From contig JAXLZV010000001.1 in the NCBI GenBank assembly GCA_046350755.1, positions 160,216 through 224,215 on the forward strand: DNA of 64,000 nt, written 5' to 3'. The stretch's first letter is position 1, and every line of letters begins with the position of its first letter. Shown piece by piece: positions 7,960-20,343 of the stretch. The DNA comes from Candidatus Saccharimonadota bacterium. GTDB taxonomy: Bacteria > Patescibacteriota > Saccharimonadia > CAILAD01 > GCA-016700035. The notes beneath the pieces were generated by a model, which did not search any database, had not been told where the DNA came from, and was given only the letters and a program-made list of their open reading frames with translations. The translations under genes were made by a program, and so were the position numbers.

Positions 7960-10900
7960 CTACTCGTCATCATCGGTACGAAAACCGGTCCCGACAGGGA
8001 TCAATCGACCGATTATGACATTCTCTTTCAGGCCGCGGAGCTTATCGACTTTGCCTCGCAGACCGGCGCCAATCAACACCTTCATAGTTTCCTGGAATGA
8101 TGCGGCTGACAGCCAGCTATCCGAGCTGATCGAGATCTTTGAGATTGGCATCAACAGCTGCTCGTAAGTCGGAGCAGTCTTGCCAGATTCTTCGGCCGCC
8201 CGTCCGGTTTCCCAGAGGTTGGTCTTGGAAATCACATCGCCAGTGATGAACTCAGTGTCATTTGGCTCTTCGATACGCACTCGGCTGAACATTTGACGAA
8301 TGATCACTTCGATGTGCTTGGATGCAATTGTCTGACCCTGACTCGAGTAGATAGCCTGCACTTCGTCAACGATGTAACGCTCAACGGCTGCTTCGCCCAG
8401 GAGGCGCTGCATGTCTTGGAGATTCACCGAACCGCCAGTCAAGCGCTGACCGACCGTGACGAGATCACCGTGTGCCACCTTGAGGGTAACGTATTCAGGA
8501 ATGACATATTCCTTGATATTGCCACCTTCATGGGTCAATTCAATGCTGCCCTTGGCCACTTTAACCGTTCCGTCTGCACCAGCTTTGACAGTGCGCTTAC
8601 CGGATTCATTCTGAGCCAAGACATCACCTTTACTGACTTCGGCGCCAGTCTTCACAACCGGCTTCATGCCTTCTTTCAGATCATACGTCGTATGCTTCAT
8701 GTCGGCTGGAGCAATCCGTAGCGTCTGCTTGCTATCAGTGCTCTTCAGCGTCACCACGCCATCGATCTCGGCCAGAATAGCTTCACCGCGTGGGTTGCGA
8801 GCCTCAAAGATTTCTTCAACACGTGGCAGACCCTGTGTGATGTCGGCAGCCGAGGCTACTCCACCAGCGTGGAAGGTACGCATAGTGAGCTGCGTGCCCG
8901 GCTCACCGATCGACTGCGCAGCCATAATACCAACCGCTTCGCCCATTTCGACGATTTGACCACGGGCCAGATCAACACCATAACAGTGCTTACAGATACC
9001 CCAGGCGAGCTTACACTTGAGGATCGAGCGAATTGTTACGCTCTCAATCCCAAGCTCAGCGATCGTGCGGGCGGCGTCATCGCTGACGAGTTCACCAGCC
9101 TTCGCGATCGTCTTGCGACCATCCTTCACGTCCTTGGCAAGATAGCGACCGACAATCCATGGAGCCAGCGAGTCTTGTCCAGCGGCTTTCGCCTCAGACA
9201 TGTGGACGGTATAACCCTCGGTATCACCACAGTCGTCAGCCGCGATCATCACGTCCTGAGCCACGTCAACTAAGCGACGGGTCAAATAGCCGGATTCGGC
9301 TGTCTTTAAGGCGGTATCAGTCAGACCCTTACGAGCACCGTGTGAAGAGATAAAGTACTCCAGAATGGACAAGCCTTCTTTGTAGTTACTCTTCACTGGC
9401 AGCTCAATGGTTGAGCCTGTTGAGTTCAGTACCAAGCCTTTCATACCAGCCATCTGGTTCGCCTGACCAACTGTAGCTCGCGCGCCGGATTCGATATCCA
9501 TGGCGAGAGTCGAGCTGTTCGGATCGAGCTCTTGGGTCAACTCGGCCTCAATCTGCTCACCAACTTCTTTCCAGGTTTCTACCGTGCGCTCTTTGCGCTC
9601 ATCGTTGGTAATCAGACCTTGCTGATACTGTGAAGTGATCGAGAGCGTTCGCTTCTCACCCTCTTCAAGTAGCTGCGCCTTTTTCTTCGGCGTCTGCAAG
9701 TCATCCATACCAAGTGAGAAACCAGATTCGGTTGCATACTGATAGCCAATTTCCTTAATCGCATCAGCAACTTTGGCGGTTTCTTCCCCACCGAAGTTTG
9801 TGAATACCTGCGCCAGTACTGACTTCAGCTTTGACTTGGTCATCGCATCATTTTGGTATGGCATACCCTCAGGCAATACTTCGTTGAAGAGTAATCGACC
9901 GATTGATGTATCGACAATTTCGCCATTCATCTTGACCTTCACAGCAGCGCGCAAGTGAACGGCTTTCTGCTGATAGGCCATAACCGCTTCATTGCGATCG
10001 GCAAAGATCTTGCCTTCACCCTGAGCACCGGACTGGAAGTTCGTCATGTAGAAACAACCGAGTACGATTTCGTGTGAAGGGTTAATGATTGGCTCACCAC
10101 TAGCGGGTTTGAGGAGGTTTTTGGAAGCCAACATGATTTCGCGAGCTTCTTTCTGAGCAGCGTCCGACAATGGCACATGGACAGCCATCTGGTCACCGTC
10201 GAAGTCGGCGTTGAAAGCAGCACACACCAACGGATGAAGCTGGATGGCCTTACCTTCGATCAGTACTGGTCGGAAAGCCTGGATCGACAAACGATGCAGA
10301 GTCGGTGCGCGATTCAGCAGTACATACTTACCAGTAATGACTTCTTCGAGCGTATCCCATACTTCGGTTCGGGCCCGTTCGATCATACGTGCTGCACTCT
10401 TCACATTATGTGCATATTCTTTCTCAATCAGTTTCGAGATAACAAATGGCTTAAACAGTTCAAGCGCCATCATCTTCGGCAAACCACATTCGTCGAGCTT
10501 GAGGTGTGGCCCGATTACGATTACTGAGCGACCAGAGTAGTCGACACGCTTCCCTAAGAGGTTTTGGCGGAAACGCCCCTGCTTACCTTTGAGCAAGTCC
10601 GTTAAGCTCTTGAGCTTCTTGCGAGAGCCACCAACTGCGGTCACAGCTCGCTCACGACGAGCATTGTTGTCGATCAAGGCGTCAACCGCTTCCTGTAACA
10701 TGCGCTTTTCATTGCGGCAGATAACTTCTGGAGCTTCGAGATCATAGAGCTTTTTGAGACGGTTGTTGCGGTTGATTACGCGTCGATAGAGATCATTGAG
10801 ATCTGAAGCCGCAAAACGACCACCATCGAGCTGGACCATCGGACGCAAATCGGGTGGAATTACAGGGAGCTCTTGAGTAACCATCCACTCGGCTTTGAGG

Positions 10901-11739
10901 TCAGCCTGCTGCATACCTTCAACGGCTTTCAGGCGCTTCAAGGCCTTTCGCTTCCGCTGACCGGTTGTCGTATCAGCTTCTTCGCGCAAGTCTTTAGCGA
11001 GCTGCTCAAGATCGATTTCCGCTAACAGATCACGAATCGCTTCCGCACCAATACCAGCCTTAAAGACATTGCCGTATTTGATGTTGAGTTCGCGATAGGT
11101 ACCCTCTGGAAGCAGTTGGTACTTCGCCAGGTTTTCCAATTCATTCTTCGCAGTACTGTAGTTGATCTCTAGATCTGATAGGTCTTTAGCGGCCTCTTCT
11201 GTCAGATTGGTCTCATCTTTAACTTCGTGCTTGGTGATAATCTCTTTGCGTCGGCTTTGATAATCCGCAGAGAGCTCCTCAAGGACACGTGTCCGCGCCT
11301 CTTCATCAACCTTCTGCACGATGAAATTGGCAAAGTAGGTTACTCGCTCAAGGTCACGCACGCTCATGTTGAGCAGGGTGCCAATTGAGCTTGGGGTGCC
11401 GCGTAGGAACCAGATGTGAGTTACAGGTACGGCCAGGTGAATATGACCCATGCGCTCACGACGAACGATGGAGCGAGTGACCAAAACACCACATTTATCA
11501 CAGACAATGCCCTTATAACGAATGCCCTTATACTTACCGCAATAACACTGCCAGTCCTTGGTAGGACCGAAAATCTTCTCGCAGAAAAGGCCGTCTTTTT
11601 CCGGCTTCTGCGTCCGATAGTTGATAGTTTCTGGCTTCGTGACTTCACCATGACTCCAATCAAGTACTTGCTCTGGGCTTGCCAGGGACAATTTGATGGA
11701 GGTGAAATCAATCGCCGGAGTGTTGAAATCGTGTTGCAT
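7960..11739 (-). CDS. rpoC: DNA-directed RNA polymerase subunit beta'
   Basis: It has the Zn-binding CYCGKYKG...CDKCGV, the catalytic NADFDGD and the trigger-loop regions, and follows rpoB with a 2-nt gap. Confidence 0.97.
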   Translation of the reverse strand: MQHDFNTPAIDFTSIKLSLASPEQVLDWSHGEVTKPETINYRTQKPEKDGLFCEKIFGPTKDWQCYCGKYKGIRYKGIVCDKCGVLVTRSIVRRERMGHIHLAVPVTHIWFLRGTPSSIGTLLNMSVRDLERVTYFANFIVQKVDEEARTRVLEELSADYQSRRKEIITKHEVKDETNLTEEAAKDLSDLEINYSTAKNELENLAKYQLLPEGTYRELNIKYGNVFKAGIGAEAIRDLLAEIDLEQLAKDLREEADTTTGQRKRKALKRLKAVEGMQQADLKAEWMVTQELPVIPPDLRPMVQLDGGRFAASDLNDLYRRVINRNNRLKKLYDLEAPEVICRNEKRMLQEAVDALIDNNARRERAVTAVGGSRKKLKSLTDLLKGKQGRFRQNLLGKRVDYSGRSVIVIGPHLKLDECGLPKMMALELFKPFVISKLIEKEYAHNVKSAARMIERARTEVWDTLEEVITGKYVLLNRAPTLHRLSIQAFRPVLIEGKAIQLHPLVCAAFNADFDGDQMAVHVPLSDAAQKEAREIMLASKNLLKPASGEPIINPSHEIVLGCFYMTNFQSGAQGEGKIFADRNEAVMAYQQKAVHLRAAVKVKMNGEIVDTSIGRLLFNEVLPEGMPYQNDAMTKSKLKSVLAQVFTNFGGEETAKVADAIKEIGYQYATESGFSLGMDDLQTPKKKAQLLEEGEKRTLSITSQYQQGLITNDERKERTVETWKEVGEQIEAELTQELDPNSSTLAMDIESGARATVGQANQMAGMKGLVLNSTGSTIELPVKSNYKEGLSILEYFISSHGARKGLTDTALKTAESGYLTRRLVDVAQDVMIAADDCGDTEGYTVHMSEAKAAGQDSLAPWIVGRYLAKDVKDGRKTIAKAGELVSDDAARTIAELGIESVTIRSILKCKLAWGICKHCYGVDLARGQIVEMGEAVGIMAAQSIGEPGTQLTMRTFHAGGVASAADITQGLPRVEEIFEARNPRGEAILAEIDGVVTLKSTDSKQTLRIAPADMKHTTYDLKEGMKPVVKTGAEVSKGDVLAQNESGKRTVKAGADGTVKVAKGSIELTHEGGNIKEYVIPEYVTLKVAHGDLVTVGQRLTGGSVNLQDMQRLLGEAAVERYIVDEVQAIYSSQGQTIASKHIEVIIRQMFSRVRIEEPNDTEFITGDVISKTNLWETGRAAEESGKTAPTYEQLLMPISKISISSDSWLSAASFQETMKVLIGAGLRGKVDKLRGLKENVIIGRLIPVGTGFRTDDDE

Positions 11740-11741
11740 GA

Positions 11742-14700
11742 TTATACCTCCTCTTCCTTAGTGCTTGATTCATCAGGGACAGCCTCAGCCTCAGCGAGAA
11801 CTTCAAAATCATCGAGTGAGGCAGTTTCGGACATATCTACAACTGCGTTTTCCTCTGGACCAGTGCCAACGATCAATTCTTCATCGGCCATATCTACGGC
11901 TTCGGCTTCAGTCTGTAATTCGAGTTCACGATCAGCGTCGACTTCGACGTGATTCTGCTCGAGCTCAACCGCCAAACCGAGTGACTGCAATTCTTTGACC
12001 AGCACGTTAAAGCTCTCCGGAACGCGTGGACCTTTGATCTCTTCGTTCTTGATGATCGACTCATAGGCTTTTGAGCGGCCGATGACATCATCTGATTTGA
12101 TCGTCAGGACTTCTTGCAGCGTGTGGGCTGCGCCATAGGCTTCGAGTGCCCAGACTTCCATTTCACCAAAGCGCTGTCCGCCCATCATTGCCTTACCACC
12201 GAGTGGCTGCTGTGTGACCATAGCGTATGGTCCAGTCGAGCGCGCGTGAATCTTGTCATCAACCATGTGATGCAGCTTCAGCATGTACTTGTAGCCAATG
12301 GTCGTCTTCTGGTCGAATGGTTCACCGGTAAAGCCGTGGTAAAGCTGGGCCTTACCGTCTTCGGACAGACCGGCTTTTTTCAATTCGGCCTTGATGGTAT
12401 CGATGTCCACGCCGTCGAGGACCGGGCTAGCGACTTTGTAGCCGAGCGCCTGAGCTGCCCATCCAAGGTGGGTTTCAAGAATCTGACCGATATTCATACG
12501 AGCGCCGATTCCAAGTGGGTTCAATACGATATCAACCGGCGTGCCGTCTTCTAGATAAGGCATATCTTCGACTGGCATTACCTTTGAGATCACACCCTTG
12601 TTACCGTGACGACCGGCCATCTTATCACCGACCGAGATCTTACGGAGCTGGGCCACAGCGATATAAATCTGCTGCATGACACCCGATGGCAAATCATCGC
12701 CGTTTTCGCCAGACAGAATCTTCACGCCGACGATCTTACCGGAGCTTCCATTTGGCATCCGCAAGGAAGTGTCCTTCACTTCACGGGCCTTCTCACCAAA
12801 GATAGCGCGCAACAGCCGCTCTTCGGAACTGAGTTCAGTCTCACCCTTCGGGCTAATCTTACCTACCAGAATATCACCGGCGGCGACTTCTGCACCGAGG
12901 CGTACGATCCCGCCCTCATCAAGATCCTTGAGCGCTTCATCTCCAACATTTGGGATATCCCGCGTCACGATTTCAGGACCAAGCTTGGTATCACGGACAT
13001 CAATCTGATGCGTTTCGATGTGGATTGAGCTATAACGATCATCCTGAACCAGGCGCTCCGAAATAATGATCGCGTCTTCGTAGTTATGACCGTCAAAAGC
13101 CATGAAGGCGACGAGCACGTTCTGTCCAAGGGCAAGTTCGCCATCGACTGTCGACATACCGTCCGCCAGCACATCACCCTTCTTGACCTTATCGCCAGCC
13201 GTTACAGCACAGCGCTGAGTCATGGCCGCACCCTGGTTGGAGCGGATAAAGCTCATGAGTTCATACGTAGCCGTCTTGCCATTCTTATATTTCACCGTAA
13301 TAGCATGAGCGGTAGCGCTGGTGACTTCTCCATCACCCTCGGCCAAGATAACCTGACCTGAGTCTTCGGCCACGCGGCGCTCGATACCGGTGCCTACAAT
13401 TGGAGCCTGAGGCTTCACTAAAGCCACGGCCTGCTTCTGCATGTTTGCACCCATCAGTGCACGACGAGCATCATCATGTTCCATGAATGGGATGAGCGCT
13501 GCTGAAACTCCAACAATCTGCTTTGAGGAGATATCTTGGTAGTTCACGTCGTCAGCTGACAGCTCGGCAGCTTCGCCACCGACACCTCGAGCTGAAACCA
13601 CTGCACTCGTAAAGTAGCCGTTATCGTCGATCGCGATGTTAGCCGGCGCAATCACTGCCCGCTCTTCGTCGAAAGCATCAAGGTATACAACTTCCTTGGT
13701 AACCCGAGCTTTGACTGGGATTTCTTGAATGTCAGCCTTTGCCAACTGCTTAGCGGCAGCCTCGGTGATTTTGTCACCAGCCTTCACGATCACCGCCCCC
13801 TTGGCGTCTTTGATTTGGCGTCGAGCAATTTCACCAGCGGCTTTAGCTGGCGTGACTGTGTTGACCACCTTCAGGTACGGAGTTTCGATGAAGCCATACT
13901 CGTTGACCTTGGCATAACTCGCCATGGTCGAAACCAAACCAATATTTGGTCCTTCCGGCGTTTCGATCGGACAAATACGGCCGTAGTGAGTACGGTGCAC
14001 GTCGCGAACTTCAAAGCCAGCCCGTTCGCGGTTGAGACCACCAGGGCCCATCGCGTTCAAGCGACGCTTGTGGACGATTTCATCAAGTGGGTTGGTCTGC
14101 GACAGGAATTGTGAGAGTTGGTGGGAGGCGAAGAATTCCTTCACGCTGGCAACAATCGGACGCACGTTGATCATCAGTGATGGCGTGACCGTCTCTGGAT
14201 CAGCCACTGACATACGATCTTTGACGATGCGCTCCATACGAGCGATACCAATGCGGAAGCGTGCTTGGATAAGCTCACCAACCATCTTCAAGCGGCGGTT
14301 ACCTAAGTGATCGATGTCTTCCGAAGGTGCGCCTTCGTTGGTCATGCGAATGACTTCCTTCACGATCGCCACAAAGTCTTCGACCCGCAGGATGCGGTTT
14401 TCACGAGTATTTTTGACGTTTAGTGCCAAGCGTTTATTAAGCTTATACCGACCAACCTTTGAGAGATCATAGCGCTTAAAGTCGAAGAACATAGAGTCAA
14501 TCAGGCTCTTTGAGTTCTCAACTGTCGCCAAGTCGCCAGGGCGAATCCGCTTATAGACCTCCATTAAGGCTTCGGCAGTCGTGCTTGATGAATCTTTAGC
14601 GATGGTTTCGGTAATAAAACGTGTCTCACCAGTATCAACATCTGAGAAGAGTTGCAAAAGATCAGAGTCCGTACCATAGCCAAAAGCCCGCAACAGTGTT

Positions 14701-15257
14701 GTCACAGGTAATTTACGCTTGCGGTCGATCTTCACACTCATCACGCCGTTGGCAGCCGTCTCGATCTCAAGCCAAGCTCCCCGCGATGGGATAATCTTAG
14801 CGCCAAAGTAGCCGGTACCTGAGTCGTTGGTAAAAAAGACACCAGCCGAACGAACCAGCTGGGAAACGACGACACGCTCAACACCATTGATAATAAAGGT
14901 GCCACGGCGGGTCATAATCGGATAATCACCCAAGAAGATTTCTTGCGTGCGAACTTCACCAGTTTCCTTAATGAGCAGCTCCATCTGGGCGCGGAGGCTG
15001 GCTTCATAGGTTGCGTTTTTCTCTTTGGCTTCAGCTTCGGTTAGTTTCGCTGGCTCAAAGTGATAGTCCTTAAATGACAGGGCGTAGAGCTTGCCCGTAA
15101 AGTCTTCGATTGGACTAATTTCTTCGAAGAGTTCGGTCAGACCCTCTCGGATTAACCAGTTATAGCTGGCGTGCTGGATCTCAACCAGATTCGGCAGCGG
15201 TAAAATGTCTTTATGTTGTTTGAGGTACACTCGCTCGGCAGCAGCGGATTTTGGCAT
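11742..15257 (-). CDS. rpoB: DNA-directed RNA polymerase subunit beta
   Basis: Rif-cluster-like region and conserved C-terminal modules, with an acidic C-terminal tail. Confidence 0.97.
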   Translation of the reverse strand: MPKSAAAERVYLKQHKDILPLPNLVEIQHASYNWLIREGLTELFEEISPIEDFTGKLYALSFKDYHFEPAKLTEAEAKEKNATYEASLRAQMELLIKETGEVRTQEIFLGDYPIMTRRGTFIINGVERVVVSQLVRSAGVFFTNDSGTGYFGAKIIPSRGAWLEIETAANGVMSVKIDRKRKLPVTTLLRAFGYGTDSDLLQLFSDVDTGETRFITETIAKDSSSTTAEALMEVYKRIRPGDLATVENSKSLIDSMFFDFKRYDLSKVGRYKLNKRLALNVKNTRENRILRVEDFVAIVKEVIRMTNEGAPSEDIDHLGNRRLKMVGELIQARFRIGIARMERIVKDRMSVADPETVTPSLMINVRPIVASVKEFFASHQLSQFLSQTNPLDEIVHKRRLNAMGPGGLNRERAGFEVRDVHRTHYGRICPIETPEGPNIGLVSTMASYAKVNEYGFIETPYLKVVNTVTPAKAAGEIARRQIKDAKGAVIVKAGDKITEAAAKQLAKADIQEIPVKARVTKEVVYLDAFDEERAVIAPANIAIDDNGYFTSAVVSARGVGGEAAELSADDVNYQDISSKQIVGVSAALIPFMEHDDARRALMGANMQKQAVALVKPQAPIVGTGIERRVAEDSGQVILAEGDGEVTSATAHAITVKYKNGKTATYELMSFIRSNQGAAMTQRCAVTAGDKVKKGDVLADGMSTVDGELALGQNVLVAFMAFDGHNYEDAIIISERLVQDDRYSSIHIETHQIDVRDTKLGPEIVTRDIPNVGDEALKDLDEGGIVRLGAEVAAGDILVGKISPKGETELSSEERLLRAIFGEKAREVKDTSLRMPNGSSGKIVGVKILSGENGDDLPSGVMQQIYIAVAQLRKISVGDKMAGRHGNKGVISKVMPVEDMPYLEDGTPVDIVLNPLGIGARMNIGQILETHLGWAAQALGYKVASPVLDGVDIDTIKAELKKAGLSEDGKAQLYHGFTGEPFDQKTTIGYKYMLKLHHMVDDKIHARSTGPYAMVTQQPLGGKAMMGGQRFGEMEVWALEAYGAAHTLQEVLTIKSDDVIGRSKAYESIIKNEEIKGPRVPESFNVLVKELQSLGLAVELEQNHVEVDADRELELQTEAEAVDMADEELIVGTGPEENAVVDMSETASLDDFEVLAEAEAVPDESSTKEEEV

Positions 15258-15488
15258 GCGTATTCGCTCCCTAAATAGATTATTGGTGATGATGATTTAT
15301 CGGGCACCACATGTGGCGTCCAGTCAGTATGAGATTTGTATTGTATTTAAGTTGTTGGATGAAATGGCGACGAGGGGTATCTAAACGCAAAAAAACGCGC
15401 GCACGCGAATGTAGCAGCTTGACGTGTTAACGTATGTAAGTTTAAGCATCCTCTTGTCCCTTATTCTACGGGGTATTTCTCCTGATTG

Positions 15489-16736
15489 TCAAGAGTATTG
15501 GCGAGCTATTCCGCGGAATTTGAAAAGTATAAAGAATCCCAAAGCGGCCAGAAGGAGCCCAATGCCACCCAGCACCGCCAATGCGTTAAATGTATCCGCC
15601 AAAATCCCGGCGATAAAGACGGGCAATAATGCCGCGATATTGATCATCATATTGAGAGTGCCAAAAATTTGCCCCCGTAGGCGGTCAGTTGAAGCGTACT
15701 GCAAGAGGGTCTGGGCCGAAACGAGCATAATGGCATCTAGTACACCAAGCGTAAAGGTAGCAACTGCCGTTGATGGTCGCAAGCTAGCAGAATTACCCAA
15801 GAGAGCGAGTAGCGGCAAGGCTGCCAGTAATACCGAAGCGGCAAACAGCGAGCCATAAATGACCTTCACTTTGTTGCGCTTAAACAGTAATCGCCCGGCA
15901 AATACCGAGCCCAGGACCAAACCAACACCAGCTGGAATCACCAAAAAGACGCTACTCTGCGCCAAGCCAACACTAAATAATTCCTGACTCATGGCTGGCG
16001 CGAGGGCAGCAACAATACCTACGATCGTTTGCGCCAACGATATCATAAGGATTGGAAACAATAGTGTCCGGGTACCGACGATCTCTAAAAAGTGACCTTT
16101 GAGATCGCGTCGTATCGATCGGATAATTGCCTTCAGCTCGAATCGATCTTGGCGAGCGGCGGGAATCTTCGGTAGTAGCGCCGAAAGCAAGGTTGCAACC
16201 AAAAATGCCACGGTGACGACTAGATACACGGAGTGTATGCCAAAGTTCGCGATAATCGGCCCTGCCATCGAGTAGCCAACAATAAAGCTTGCATTGAGCG
16301 TGAAGATAAACAGCGCATTTGCCGTCACGAGGTCGCGCTTCTTTACCAGTCGTGGCAAGGCTGCCCCTTCAGCTGGAACGAAAAACTGTGAGGCGATCGA
16401 AATAATAAAGGCGATCGCGTAAACCGCCAGCACCCGTGTATCGAGCACGATAAAGAGTGGCACCAGGGCTGCTCGTACTACATTTGTCCAAATTAATACC
16501 TTACGTCGGTCTTGGTGATCGACGTACGCACCTGCCGGTACTGCCAGTAAGATCGCCGGAATCCCAATCGCGATAATCAATAGCGACACCGCGCTATTAG
16601 CAAAGCTTGCCTTTGAGGCGATCTCATATATGCGAATGAGGAGCGCGTAGTTGAGTAACTGCGCAGCAATCTGGCTGGAGAGCTGAGCGCCCCAAAGCTT
16701 GAGAAACTGACGATTCCGCAGAACGTCACGATACAT
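15489..16736 (-). CDS. Major facilitator superfamily transporter
   Basis: About 12 predicted TM helices with MFS-like loop motifs (PAGAYVDHQDRRKVL). Confidence 0.75.
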   Translation of the reverse strand: MYRDVLRNRQFLKLWGAQLSSQIAAQLLNYALLIRIYEIASKASFANSAVSLLIIAIGIPAILLAVPAGAYVDHQDRRKVLIWTNVVRAALVPLFIVLDTRVLAVYAIAFIISIASQFFVPAEGAALPRLVKKRDLVTANALFIFTLNASFIVGYSMAGPIIANFGIHSVYLVVTVAFLVATLLSALLPKIPAARQDRFELKAIIRSIRRDLKGHFLEIVGTRTLLFPILMISLAQTIVGIVAALAPAMSQELFSVGLAQSSVFLVIPAGVGLVLGSVFAGRLLFKRNKVKVIYGSLFAASVLLAALPLLALLGNSASLRPSTAVATFTLGVLDAIMLVSAQTLLQYASTDRLRGQIFGTLNMMINIAALLPVFIAGILADTFNALAVLGGIGLLLAALGFFILFKFRGIARQYS

Positions 16737-16790
16737 TATAGTTACCCATTCAGCTATCTATTGTATCTGGGAAGTGGCGCGCTGGAAAGT

Positions 16791-17408
16791 CTAGACTTTT
16801 TTGGATTTCTTGGTGAGTACTTTATCTATCAGGCCATACTCTTTCGCCTCGGTGGCATTCATCCAGAAATCACGATCCGAGTCTGTAGCGATCTTCTCGA
16901 CAGTTTGGCCAGTACTTTCGGCAATCATCGCGTTGAGCTGCTCCCGTAATTTGATGACTTCTTTGGCAGCAATCTCGATATCGGCCGCAGTTCCCTCAAA
17001 TCCACTCGATGGCTGATGGATCATAATCTTGCTGTTAGGAAGCGCAAACCGCTTACCAGGTTCGCCCATAGTCAAGAGAAACGCGCCCATTGATGCCGCT
17101 AGACCCACACAGACCGTCGAAACATCTGGCTTGATATGGTTCATCGTGTCGAGAATGGCCAGCCCTGCTGATATACTCCCGCCCGGCGAATTAATGTAGA
17201 GCGTAATATCAGCATTTGGGTCCTCACTCTGGAGAAAAAGTAGCTGCGCGATGACCAGGTTGGCCACCGTGTTATCCACGCCAGTACCGAGAAAGATGAT
17301 GCGCTCTTTCAGGAGTCGCGAATAGATGTCATAGGCTCGCTCCCCCATGGCTGTCTTCTCGATGACAGTTGGCACGAGTATTGAGTTGTTGATTGAGTCC
17401 ATTTTCAC
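16791..17408 (-). CDS. clpP: ATP-dependent Clp protease proteolytic subunit
   Basis: [12 protein letters not shown]..., [14 protein letters not shown] (Ser nucleophile) and MIHQPSSG (His). Confidence 0.95.
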   Translation of the reverse strand: MKMDSINNSILVPTVIEKTAMGERAYDIYSRLLKERIIFLGTGVDNTVANLVIAQLLFLQSEDPNADITLYINSPGGSISAGLAILDTMNHIKPDVSTVCVGLAASMGAFLLTMGEPGKRFALPNSKIMIHQPSSGFEGTAADIEIAAKEVIKLREQLNAMIAESTGQTVEKIATDSDRDFWMNATEAKEYGLIDKVLTKKSKKV

Positions 17409-17423
17409 CTCCTACGATAGAAT

Positions 17424-18710
17424 TTAGCTTTTTGCCTGCTCACACAGCCAGTCAACGGCTTTTTGGGTGACCATCCGGTTGGCTAGATCATTCTTAAATT
17501 CATCCGCGTCGAGCTGCTTCAAAATCTGCGGATCAGAGTAGCTCATGCGCATTTTCTCGAGATTATCCTGCACTTCGTCGACTGTTACATTAAACTTCTG
17601 CTTCTCAATGATATCGCGAATTATCAGACCAATCGAAATCCGACGACGGGCCTCAACATGCAACTCGTCATGAAATGACTTCTCGTCCTTACCTTGTACT
17701 TTCAGCCAATCCTCGAGTTTCATGCCACTCGACGCAATCTGGTGCTCATACTGGTGCTCGAGTTCGTGCGCCTGATCATGCTCCAGCATTGGGCTGACTT
17801 CGAGCTTGATTTGCTTCATTGCTTCTTCGAGTACAGCGTTTTCGTACTCTTTCTTATAGTCGTCGTCTTTTCCGGCCACAAGATTCTTGCGTACATCATC
17901 CTTGAGCGCTTGGAGTGAATCCATCTGGGCAACAGTTTTTGCAAACGAGTCATCGAGTTTCGGCAGGTTCTTCTCTCGCACTTCATGAACCTTGGCAGTA
18001 AATGTCACGACCTTGCCTGCTAGATCTTCGGCGTGATACTCCTTGGGGAAGGTAATATCAAAAGTCTTTTCGTCACCTTTTTTCATGCCGATCAACTCAT
18101 CCTCGTAGCCTGGAATAAACTTACCGCTCCCCAGTTCGAGTAATGTGTTCTGTCCGGCCGCGCCCTCAACTGGTGACCCCTCGCGCACGCCTTCAAAGTC
18201 GAAGCGGACTTCATCGCCCTGCTTCGCCGCGCGATCAACCGTTATTGGCTCAGCTGCCTGACGCTGGAGTTCTTTCAGGGCCTCATCGACTTCCTTATCG
18301 GTGACTTTCGGGGCATCGTACTTCACTTTGAGCTTCTTGTAGTCAAAGTCGATCGTCGGCACAACCGCAATCTTGGCTGTGTACTCCATCTCATCAAACG
18401 GCACAAACTTCGTCACGTCGACCTTTGGCTCGGCCAGGGCTCGGATTTCATGCCCCTTGATAGCTTCAGAATAAGTTGCTGCCAAAACCTTCTCAACAAC
18501 TTCGAGCTGGAATTTCGCTTGATCAACATGACGTTCGGCAATATCATCGGGTGCTTTGCCTGGCCGGAAACCTGGTACTTTCAGCCCCTTCTTCATCTGC
18601 TCAAGGACAGCCTGCTTAGCGCTCGCTAGCTCGGCTTTGGTGACGACGACGGTCAGCTCGAGCTCAGCTTTGTCGCGTTTGGTAATGGTAGCTTTAGTCA
18701 TAATATCCAA
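17424..18710 (-). CDS. tig: Trigger factor
   Basis: Length and domain layout (ribosome-binding N-domain, FKBP-like PPIase with GKFIPGYEDELIGMKKGD, C-domain); lies upstream of clpP. Confidence 0.9.
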   Translation of the reverse strand: MDIMTKATITKRDKAELELTVVVTKAELASAKQAVLEQMKKGLKVPGFRPGKAPDDIAERHVDQAKFQLEVVEKVLAATYSEAIKGHEIRALAEPKVDVTKFVPFDEMEYTAKIAVVPTIDFDYKKLKVKYDAPKVTDKEVDEALKELQRQAAEPITVDRAAKQGDEVRFDFEGVREGSPVEGAAGQNTLLELGSGKFIPGYEDELIGMKKGDEKTFDITFPKEYHAEDLAGKVVTFTAKVHEVREKNLPKLDDSFAKTVAQMDSLQALKDDVRKNLVAGKDDDYKKEYENAVLEEAMKQIKLEVSPMLEHDQAHELEHQYEHQIASSGMKLEDWLKVQGKDEKSFHDELHVEARRRISIGLIIRDIIEKQKFNVTVDEVQDNLEKMRMSYSDPQILKQLDADEFKNDLANRMVTQKAVDWLCEQAKS

Positions 18711-18861
18711 ATTTTACCAAACTGTGGATAAAAAAACTAGCACTCTGTGATGTGGAGTGCTAATAGTTTAAAAAGTGCAGCTTACAGGATTACTACGGGT
18801 GCACTCGCGGCGTGCTCGGGATACTATACTGCGCGCTAAGGTTCGAATCTCGTTATGCAAA

Positions 18862-18882
18862 TAAAAAACACCCTTTCGGGCG
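18862..18882 (-). terminator. Rho-independent terminator downstream of tRNA-Leu(TAG)
   Basis: On the minus strand, CGCCC-GAAA-GGGTG (GNRA loop) is followed by TTTTTT. Confidence 0.5.
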
Positions 18883-18891
18883 TTCATTATT

Positions 18892-18976
18892 TGGTGCGGA
18901 TGAAAGGACTCGAACCTTCACACCTTTCGGCACCAGCTCCTAAGGCTGGCGTGTCTACCAATTCCACCACATCCGC
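18892..18976 (-). tRNA. tRNA-Leu (anticodon TAG)
   Basis: Cloverleaf with acceptor GCGGATG/CATCCGC, anticodon loop CUUAGGA, a long variable arm, T-loop GGTTCGAGTCC and a 3' ACCA. Confidence 0.85.
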
Positions 18977-18994
18977 AGGTTGCAAATATGTGCG

Positions 18995-19534
18995 TTATTT
19001 ATAATACCCTATTTGTGTGCCTCCATATATCTTTACCTTGACAAGCTGATGCTCGGCGACTGTTGCCGGTAGTTTTTCTCGACCACCACACGACACCACC
19101 AACGTACCAACTTCACTCACGTGAGTGAGAGCCGATCCCACCAAATCAGCGCTAAACTCAGCGTAGGGTGGGTCAAGAAAAACTAGATCAAACTTCGCTT
19201 GACTGGTTGCGAGCCAAGCGGCAACCTCGGCTTGCATGACAGCCGTCTGCGCATCAGCCTTGAGCTCCTTCACATTTGCTCGCAAGAAACTCACCGCAAA
19301 ACTCGACTGCTCAACAAATGTCACCCGTTCGGCACCTCGGCTCAACGCCTCGAGACCCAGGGCCCCACTACCAGCATACAGATCAAGTACCGTCAGCCCC
19401 TTGAGTTCATCACCAAGGACATTAAAAATCGCTTGACGTACCTTTTGTGAGACTGGCCGCGTACCCTCGCCAGGCTGCTTGAGAACCTTATAACGAAAGT
19501 CGCCTGCCGTGATTCGTGTAGTATGCTGGGCCAT
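18995..19534 (-). CDS. rsmD: 16S rRNA (guanine966-N2)-methyltransferase RsmD-like
   Basis: SAM-binding LDLYAGSGALGLEALSRGA and DLVFLDPPY motifs. The start is taken at the internal ATG at 19534 (MAQHTT), 2 nt after the upstream gene's stop. Confidence 0.8.
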   Translation of the reverse strand: MAQHTTRITAGDFRYKVLKQPGEGTRPVSQKVRQAIFNVLGDELKGLTVLDLYAGSGALGLEALSRGAERVTFVEQSSFAVSFLRANVKELKADAQTAVMQAEVAAWLATSQAKFDLVFLDPPYAEFSADLVGSALTHVSEVGTLVVSCGGREKLPATVAEHQLVKVKIYGGTQIGYYK

Positions 19535-19536
19535 AA

Positions 19537-20334
19537 CTATTTCGCAATCGGCGCGGCGGGAGATTTTGGCAAAGGCGCAAGCTGCTTTTTCGGCTCGGTA
19601 CACCAGGCAGTTTCATAAGCAGCCAACCAGGCGGCTGCAATCATCTGGGGAATGCGTGGCACAACCGTAGCCCGCACGGCCTTAGCTAGCTTCGTCGTCC
19701 AACCATGCGCGATGAATTCTTCATACAAGCCGAGCTGTGCAATCTTGAGCGACTCAGTCTTGATCGTAGCTTCGATACCTTGAGCCTTGATTGCGTCTAC
19801 CAGCGCCATGTCAAACTTCACTCGCAACGGCGAGAACGTCGTCGCCGTCGAGATACCAGATTCAAAAGCCACATGTGAGCTCTTCCAGCCCTTCGAGCCC
19901 CAGGTCTTCCAGCGACGGGTGAGTTTCGAAGCATCAGCATACTCCTCGGCAATCAGCTTATAGCTAATATGATGGGCCGGCGTCAGTGAGTCGGTAATAT
20001 AATGTGCCATCCAGCCAGCATGGAAACCTGCCTCGATATAATCTCGCTTACGGAGACTGGCAATCAGATTATCATTATGAATCGCGATCCACTGCGGCAG
20101 ATGGCCGATCTCATTCACGGGATCCCACAGATGATCGGTACTATAATTACCCTTCACCTTCAGTCCATCCGGCCCACCATAGCCTTCAAAATTCAGAATA
20201 TCTCGACGACGCGCAAACCGTTGCCGATTAATCATTGGGGCCAACATACGATAAGCCTCCCGGTCCAGCTTCTGATGAGTGCCAGACCAAGTGATGCGAC
20301 CTTTCGAGGCGAATGATGCAAATCCTGAGTTCAT
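19537..20334 (-). CDS. Hypothetical protein; possible zinc-dependent phospholipase C / S1-P1 nuclease-fold protein
   Basis: HLWDPVNE and GWMAHYITDSLTPAHH resemble the HFYDP and HYLGD..P.H zinc-ligand segments of the B. cereus PLC family. This is weak, motif-level evidence only. Confidence 0.35.
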   Translation of the reverse strand: MNSGFASFASKGRITWSGTHQKLDREAYRMLAPMINRQRFARRRDILNFEGYGGPDGLKVKGNYSTDHLWDPVNEIGHLPQWIAIHNDNLIASLRKRDYIEAGFHAGWMAHYITDSLTPAHHISYKLIAEEYADASKLTRRWKTWGSKGWKSSHVAFESGISTATTFSPLRVKFDMALVDAIKAQGIEATIKTESLKIAQLGLYEEFIAHGWTTKLAKAVRATVVPRIPQMIAAAWLAAYETAWCTEPKKQLAPLPKSPAAPIAK

Positions 20335-20343
20335 AGTGTGAGT

